Source: Sedimentisphaeraceae bacterium JB056 (lineage in GTDB: Bacteria > Planctomycetota > Phycisphaerae > Sedimentisphaerales > Sedimentisphaeraceae). Taken from it: a DNA stretch of 64,000 nucleotides. The stretch covers positions 192,001 to 256,000 of the forward strand of contig JBITAJ010000028.1 in the NCBI GenBank assembly GCA_044440125.1, read 5' to 3'. Below the pieces are notes generated by a model, which had not been told where the DNA came from, searched no databases, and saw only the letters and a list, made by a program, of their open reading frames with translations. Shown here piece after piece: positions 60,141 through 64,000 of this stretch (its first letter is position 1; every line of letters starts with the position of its first letter). Both the position numbers and the translations under genes were made by a program.

Positions 60141-61103
60141 TTAGCGACTTTGTAATGGATGCCAGTTATGTGTTTTTTTCCAAAGTATGGGAAGACAATT
60201 ATCAGGCATTGCACTTTGGAAAAAATATGTCAATCCCAATGAGCCATAGCCTCTACGATTATCTTTATTTGAAGCTAGATTATTTTTTTTTAATAAATCA
60301 TAATAAAACTTTTTTGCTACCGCAACAGAGTTGCCTCCAAATTTTCCTGAATTTACAGCGTCTTCAGAGAAAAAATCATGCGATTCTTCAAGTATATCAG
60401 CCGCAATAATGTGTATTTGAGAATATTCTTCTTTAATCGCCTTAATACCTTCTGAATGCGCAACTAATGGTGCATAAACAACATAATCATTTCTTATTAT
60501 AGAACTCAATTTATGCTCTTCTTTACAATTTACTCTATTATATTCCGGTTCCATGATAAAATCTGTGCCAAATTGTACCCCAGTACCCATGAAATCATCT
60601 ATAAAGATAAAGCAATTTACACCTTGGTCTTTCGCTAGATTAATATGACCGGGTTCTATAATCCAATTCTCAGATATTAATAAATCTTTTTTATACATTC
60701 TAGCTATAGGGGCCCCACTTTTTGTTGGCGACCCTGGGATTAGAACAGGTACAACCCTGATTTTGGGATCTACATCAGGATTCATCAAAGCCTCATACCA
60801 ATTTTTATTAGAATTGTCTTGGGGAGGATGAATTCTTGTCAAATCTACAAGATTTCTCTCCAGTATTTGTAACATCATTGACTTCATTTGCTTATCAGAA
60901 CGATATATCAATGAATCTAAGACGCAAGCAGAAAAATATTTTTCCTCTTTTGTCTTAAAATTATTAAGCCAAATCTCTAAATCGACAATCTCAAGCCCAT
61001 CCCAGATGCCAGTATTAATAAGAGCTTTGCTTCTTCCTACAATATTATCGACATATATATCGCTATCATTAGGGAGTATAAAATCTATTTTTTCATTTTC
61101 CAC
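60141..61103 (-). CDS. Phosphoribosyltransferase-like protein (conflict-associated PRTase type)
   Basis: WLNNF, KSG loop, FIFIDDFMGTG PRPP-binding motif, C-terminal GYG...F....PDNCLPILW; GTG start. Confidence 0.78.
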   Translation of the reverse strand: MENEKIDFILPNDSDIYVDNIVGRSKALINTGIWDGLEIVDLEIWLNNFKTKEEKYFSACVLDSLIYRSDKQMKSMMLQILERNLVDLTRIHPPQDNSNKNWYEALMNPDVDPKIRVVPVLIPGSPTKSGAPIARMYKKDLLISENWIIEPGHINLAKDQGVNCFIFIDDFMGTGVQFGTDFIMEPEYNRVNCKEEHKLSSIIRNDYVVYAPLVAHSEGIKAIKEEYSQIHIIAADILEESHDFFSEDAVNSGKFGGNSVAVAKKFYYDLLKKNNLASNKDNRRGYGSLGLTYFFQSAMPDNCLPILWKKTHNWHPLQSR

Positions 61104-61404
61104 TGGTCAATATTACCTATATTTCTTAATTCACTAATAATATCAGAATTATACGTCAACCTTCAATACTTTTCAAACCTATTAATGAACATTCAGTACA
61201 ATATTCAGACAGTTAAAATCTCAACCGAATTTTCACCTAAATGCTAATCATTAATTTATAACTAATTCTACTTCTGAAATTTTAATTTACAATAAATTTC
61301 TTTATATTTCAAATTAAGCCACAATTCTCACCTATACATAAATACATCTAAATCCTATCAAAAAAGCTTCATTAACTTAATGTCCTTTATGGTAAAACAA
61401 TGAT

Positions 61405-61833
61405 TTTGTGAATTTCGTGTGATTCGTGGTTAAAAACCTTGTTTCTCACCTATAAACCCATAAAACAGCAAAATAATATCATAAAAGAACCCATTTTTTC
61501 CGGTCACGTGAGACTTTTTCCTTTTTTACCCTGAAATTGATCAAAAATCGTTGAAAAGTGAGCAAAAAGCGCGCGTTTGGTCGCATTTGAGACCAGTTTT
61601 GGTCAAATTCAGGGCAAAAAAAAGTTATACTATCTTGCTATTGGAGACAAACCAAGTGTCCAAGTTGCTTGCATTTTCGCACAAAACCGCAACCATATTC
61701 CAGTAATTACCAAAAAAATAAATAAAACTCATTTTCAATTTTCCATTGTCAATTATCAATTAATAAAACCTTTCTTTTCAACAACTTACTGCTAATTACT
61801 AATAGCTAATCGCTGATTGCTGATTGATGACCA
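61405..61833. repeat. Cluster of short tandem and inverted repeats
   Basis: TTCGTG..TTCGTGG (about 61405-61432); 24-bp imperfect IR at 61522-61621; TCAATTn heptamers (about 61732-61760); GCTAATn heptamers (about 61790-61833). Confidence 0.55.
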
Positions 61834-62004
61834 TTGCCTATTAGTAAAGCACAAACGCGCAAGTAAATATTAGAGTGTATGGCATTGCTTTTTAGCAGAT
61901 ATATGATTGCTAACTCGGTTATAATTAAAATTTAGCTTGATTTTTTCTTCAAAATCACTATTTTACCGCCCTCTATTAAATTAATGTGAAGGTGAGTACA
62001 AAAG

Positions 62005-63090
62005 ATGACACAAGAATTGTTCAAAGAATTTACAATAAACGGAATTAATGTTAGAAACCGCTTTATCAGGTCTGCTACGTGGGAAAACATGGCAGACGAT
62101 GAGGGTTTTGCGACCGAGCAGCTTACAAAGCTGTTTGTCGATTTTGCCGAAGGCGGCGTAGGACTGATAATCACGGGATTCGCGAGAATCCTTGAAGACG
62201 ACCTTATTGCACCAAGAATGATCGGGCTTTATGACGATAAGTTTATAGACAGCTACAAAGAGCTTACAGACAAGGTGCACGCGGCAGGCGGCAAGATAGC
62301 CGCACAGCTTGCAACAGGCAGCTCTCAGTCTAAATACAGGGCAAGAAGACGCACGATACTCGGCCCATCAGAGGTGATGGACAAGATGTACAGGGTAACG
62401 CCTGTCGAAATGAGTGAAGAGGACATCAAAAAGAATATCCAGGCGTATATCGACGCGGCGGTACGGGCTAAGAAAAGCGGATTCGACGGCGTACAGCTTC
62501 ACTGCGCCCACGGCTATATGCTCAGCAAATTCCTCAACCCATACTACAACCGCAGGGAAGATGCTTACGGCGGCAACATAGAAAACCGTGCAAGGATGAC
62601 ATACGAAATAATCGAGGGCATCCAGCAGGCACTGCCAGGCTACCCAATAATGGTAAAGATCAACTGCGAAGACTTCAACGAACCCGACACGGGATTGACG
62701 CTTGAAGAGTCCATCGAAGTTTGCAAAAAGCTCGACCAGATGGGCGTTGCTCTTATCGAAGTGAGCGGCGGCACAGCCGGTTCACAGGAACACCTTAGGC
62801 CGATACGTCCTGTAAAGAAAGATACGCAGTCGTATTTTGCCGAAGAAGCAGGCCAAATCGCAAAGGCCGTAAACTGTGAAGTGGCACTTGTCGGCGGCAA
62901 CAGAGATATTAGCCGTATGTCTGAGATAAGCAATGAAAGCGGCATAAAGTTCTTCTCACTCAGCAGGCCGCTGGTCTGCCAGAGCGATCTTATCAATATA
63001 TGGCAGAAAGATGCCGCTGAAAAGCCTAAGTGCGTTTCGTGCGGCAAGTGCTGGCACCCAAGCGGCACAAAATGCCTGCTGTTCAGATAA
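62005..63090 (+). CDS. NADH:flavin oxidoreductase (Old Yellow Enzyme family)
   Basis: NRFIRSATWE, GFDGVQLHCAHGYMLSKFL, YGGNIENRAR, SRPL, C-terminal CVSCGKC. Confidence 0.92.
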   Translation: MTQELFKEFTINGINVRNRFIRSATWENMADDEGFATEQLTKLFVDFAEGGVGLIITGFARILEDDLIAPRMIGLYDDKFIDSYKELTDKVHAAGGKIAAQLATGSSQSKYRARRRTILGPSEVMDKMYRVTPVEMSEEDIKKNIQAYIDAAVRAKKSGFDGVQLHCAHGYMLSKFLNPYYNRREDAYGGNIENRARMTYEIIEGIQQALPGYPIMVKINCEDFNEPDTGLTLEESIEVCKKLDQMGVALIEVSGGTAGSQEHLRPIRPVKKDTQSYFAEEAGQIAKAVNCEVALVGGNRDISRMSEISNESGIKFFSLSRPLVCQSDLINIWQKDAAEKPKCVSCGKCWHPSGTKCLLFR

Positions 63091-63096
63091 AGTAAG

Positions 63097-63184
63097 GGAT
63101 TGGGGAATTGCCCGCTCCCTCACAGTCGCGGTACTGATGTGGGATGGTGGGGGTTGCCCGCTCCTTTCCAGTAGCCCTGCTGAT
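63097..63184. repeat. Two degenerate direct copies of a REP-like unit
   Basis: TTGCCCGCTCCCTCACAGTCGCGGTACTGAT and TTGCCCGCTCCTTTCCAGTAGCCCTGCTGAT, each preceded by GGGAT.G. Confidence 0.55.
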
Positions 63185-63236
63185 ATTTGAGATTTTTGTT
63201 GACGCAAATTCTGCCTGATGTATCATAATCATTGTC

Positions 63237-64000
63237 ATGGTTCAACAGCAGCAAAACACAGAAGATAAATTGCAGTATCTAAAGGGAGTCGGGCCGGAAA
63301 AGGCCAAAGTTCTCAGATCAATGGGAATAACGACGCCTCAGGATCTGCTCGAATATTTCCCCCGCAGATGGGAATTCCTGCCCGATTGCAGTGCGATATC
63401 AGCCGTAGAGGCCGGTCAGGAAGCTACCGTTGTGGGAATCATAGAGAGCATCGATTTCCGCAACATGCGAGGCAGGAGCTTATTCGAGGTTTATCTTGCA
63501 GATCACAGCGGCTCGATCAGGGTATTATGGTTCAACGGCGGCTATCTCAAACGTCAGCTCAATATCGGGATGACGATAGCCGTAACCGGTAAGATAAACG
63601 AGTATAAATACCAACTGCAGATAACGAACCCTAAGTTCAAGATTGTGGGAGCAGGTGGCGAACTTGATGTCAACAGACTCGGCGGGCCGGTCTATCCGGC
63701 AAATTCCGATATCAGCAGCAACCAGATAAAATTCATACTCCGCAACAATCTTGATGCGCTCTGCGATGGTCTTTGCGAGCTGTTTGATAATGAGTTCCAG
63801 AAAAAAGCGATATTGCTCGACCGCAAAGCCGCTTTCAGGCTGATACATGACCCGCAAGATGAACAGGATATAAAGAAGGCAACTCGCACGCTGAAGTATG
63901 AGGAGCTGTTCATAATGCAGCTTGGGCTTGCGATACGGCGATATCTTTCACGAACCGGCCAGAAAGCCAGGGCAATGAAATTTTCAGCCGCCCTCGACAG
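63237..64000 (+). CDS. recG: ATP-dependent DNA helicase RecG (5' part; runs off window)
   Basis: Not in the ORF track. Hand translation gives MVQQQ..LQYLKGVGPEKAKVL..MGI..PQDLLEYFPRRWE, wedge domain WFNG, PVYP, IHDP, LKYEELF. Confidence 0.9.
   Translation, partial: MVQQQQNTEDKLQYLKGVGPEKAKVLRSMGITTPQDLLEYFPRRWEFLPDCSAISAVEAGQEATVVGIIESIDFRNMRGRSLFEVYLADHSGSIRVLWFNGGYLKRQLNIGMTIAVTGKINEYKYQLQITNPKFKIVGAGGELDVNRLGGPVYPANSDISSNQIKFILRNNLDALCDGLCELFDNEFQKKAILLDRKAAFRLIHDPQDEQDIKKATRTLKYEELFIMQLGLAIRRYLSRTGQKARAMKFSAALD

Noticed and set aside
55925..61103. Assignment to BREX, DISARM, type I/IIG R-M or Avs
   Set aside because: No PglZ, BrxL, helicase, HsdR, PD-(D/E)xK nuclease or TPR sensor is recognisable.
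61522..61621. Integron attC site
   Set aside because: Lacks RYYYAAC/GTTRRRY ends, and there is no integron integrase or cassette array.
55700..61900. Integrase, tRNA att site or flanking direct repeats for the island
   Set aside because: None seen by eye; the mobility mechanism remains unknown.
1662..63184. CRISPR array among the short repeats
   Set aside because: Repeats are 7-9-mers or doublets without unique regular spacers; no cas genes.

Overview
Bacterial chromosomal window, most consistent with an anaerobic Planctomycetota (Phycisphaerae/Sedimentisphaerales-like). This is an inference from two prepilin-type 'FTLIELLVVISIIA' proteins, an S8 protease with a dockerin-like tail, rubrerythrin, IorAB and HydE. 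Most of the window is housekeeping or metabolic: rsfS-argS, an ECF sigma/anti-sigma pair, a CbiMQO-type transporter, murC-murB-pilD-ompA, iorAB, a GHL6/GH151-like hydrolase, a Rrf2-linked sulfur operon (DUF3034-cysK-metY-hydE), cmoAB, groESL, serS, an OYE oxidoreductase and partial recG. The stand-out feature is an AT-rich, tightly coupled four-gene operon at 55925-61103 (minus strand). It encodes a PRTase-like protein, an ORC/CDC6-like P-loop ATPase, a 308-aa protein with CARF/Rossmann-like motifs, and an N6-adenine methyltransferase with a TRD-like tail but no nuclease. It lies between a truncated four-helix-bundle gene and a repeat-rich intergenic region, and is a candidate anti-phage/conflict system I cannot match to a named system. 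Other points of interest are an orphan HEPN-like gene, a small gene behind a double-terminator leader, MITE/REP-like palindromes, heptamer repeat tracts, a sigma54 promoter at groESL and a histone-H1-like fusion protein. No rRNA, tRNA, CRISPR array, integrase or transposase was seen. All family assignments come from motif recognition by eye, not database searches.
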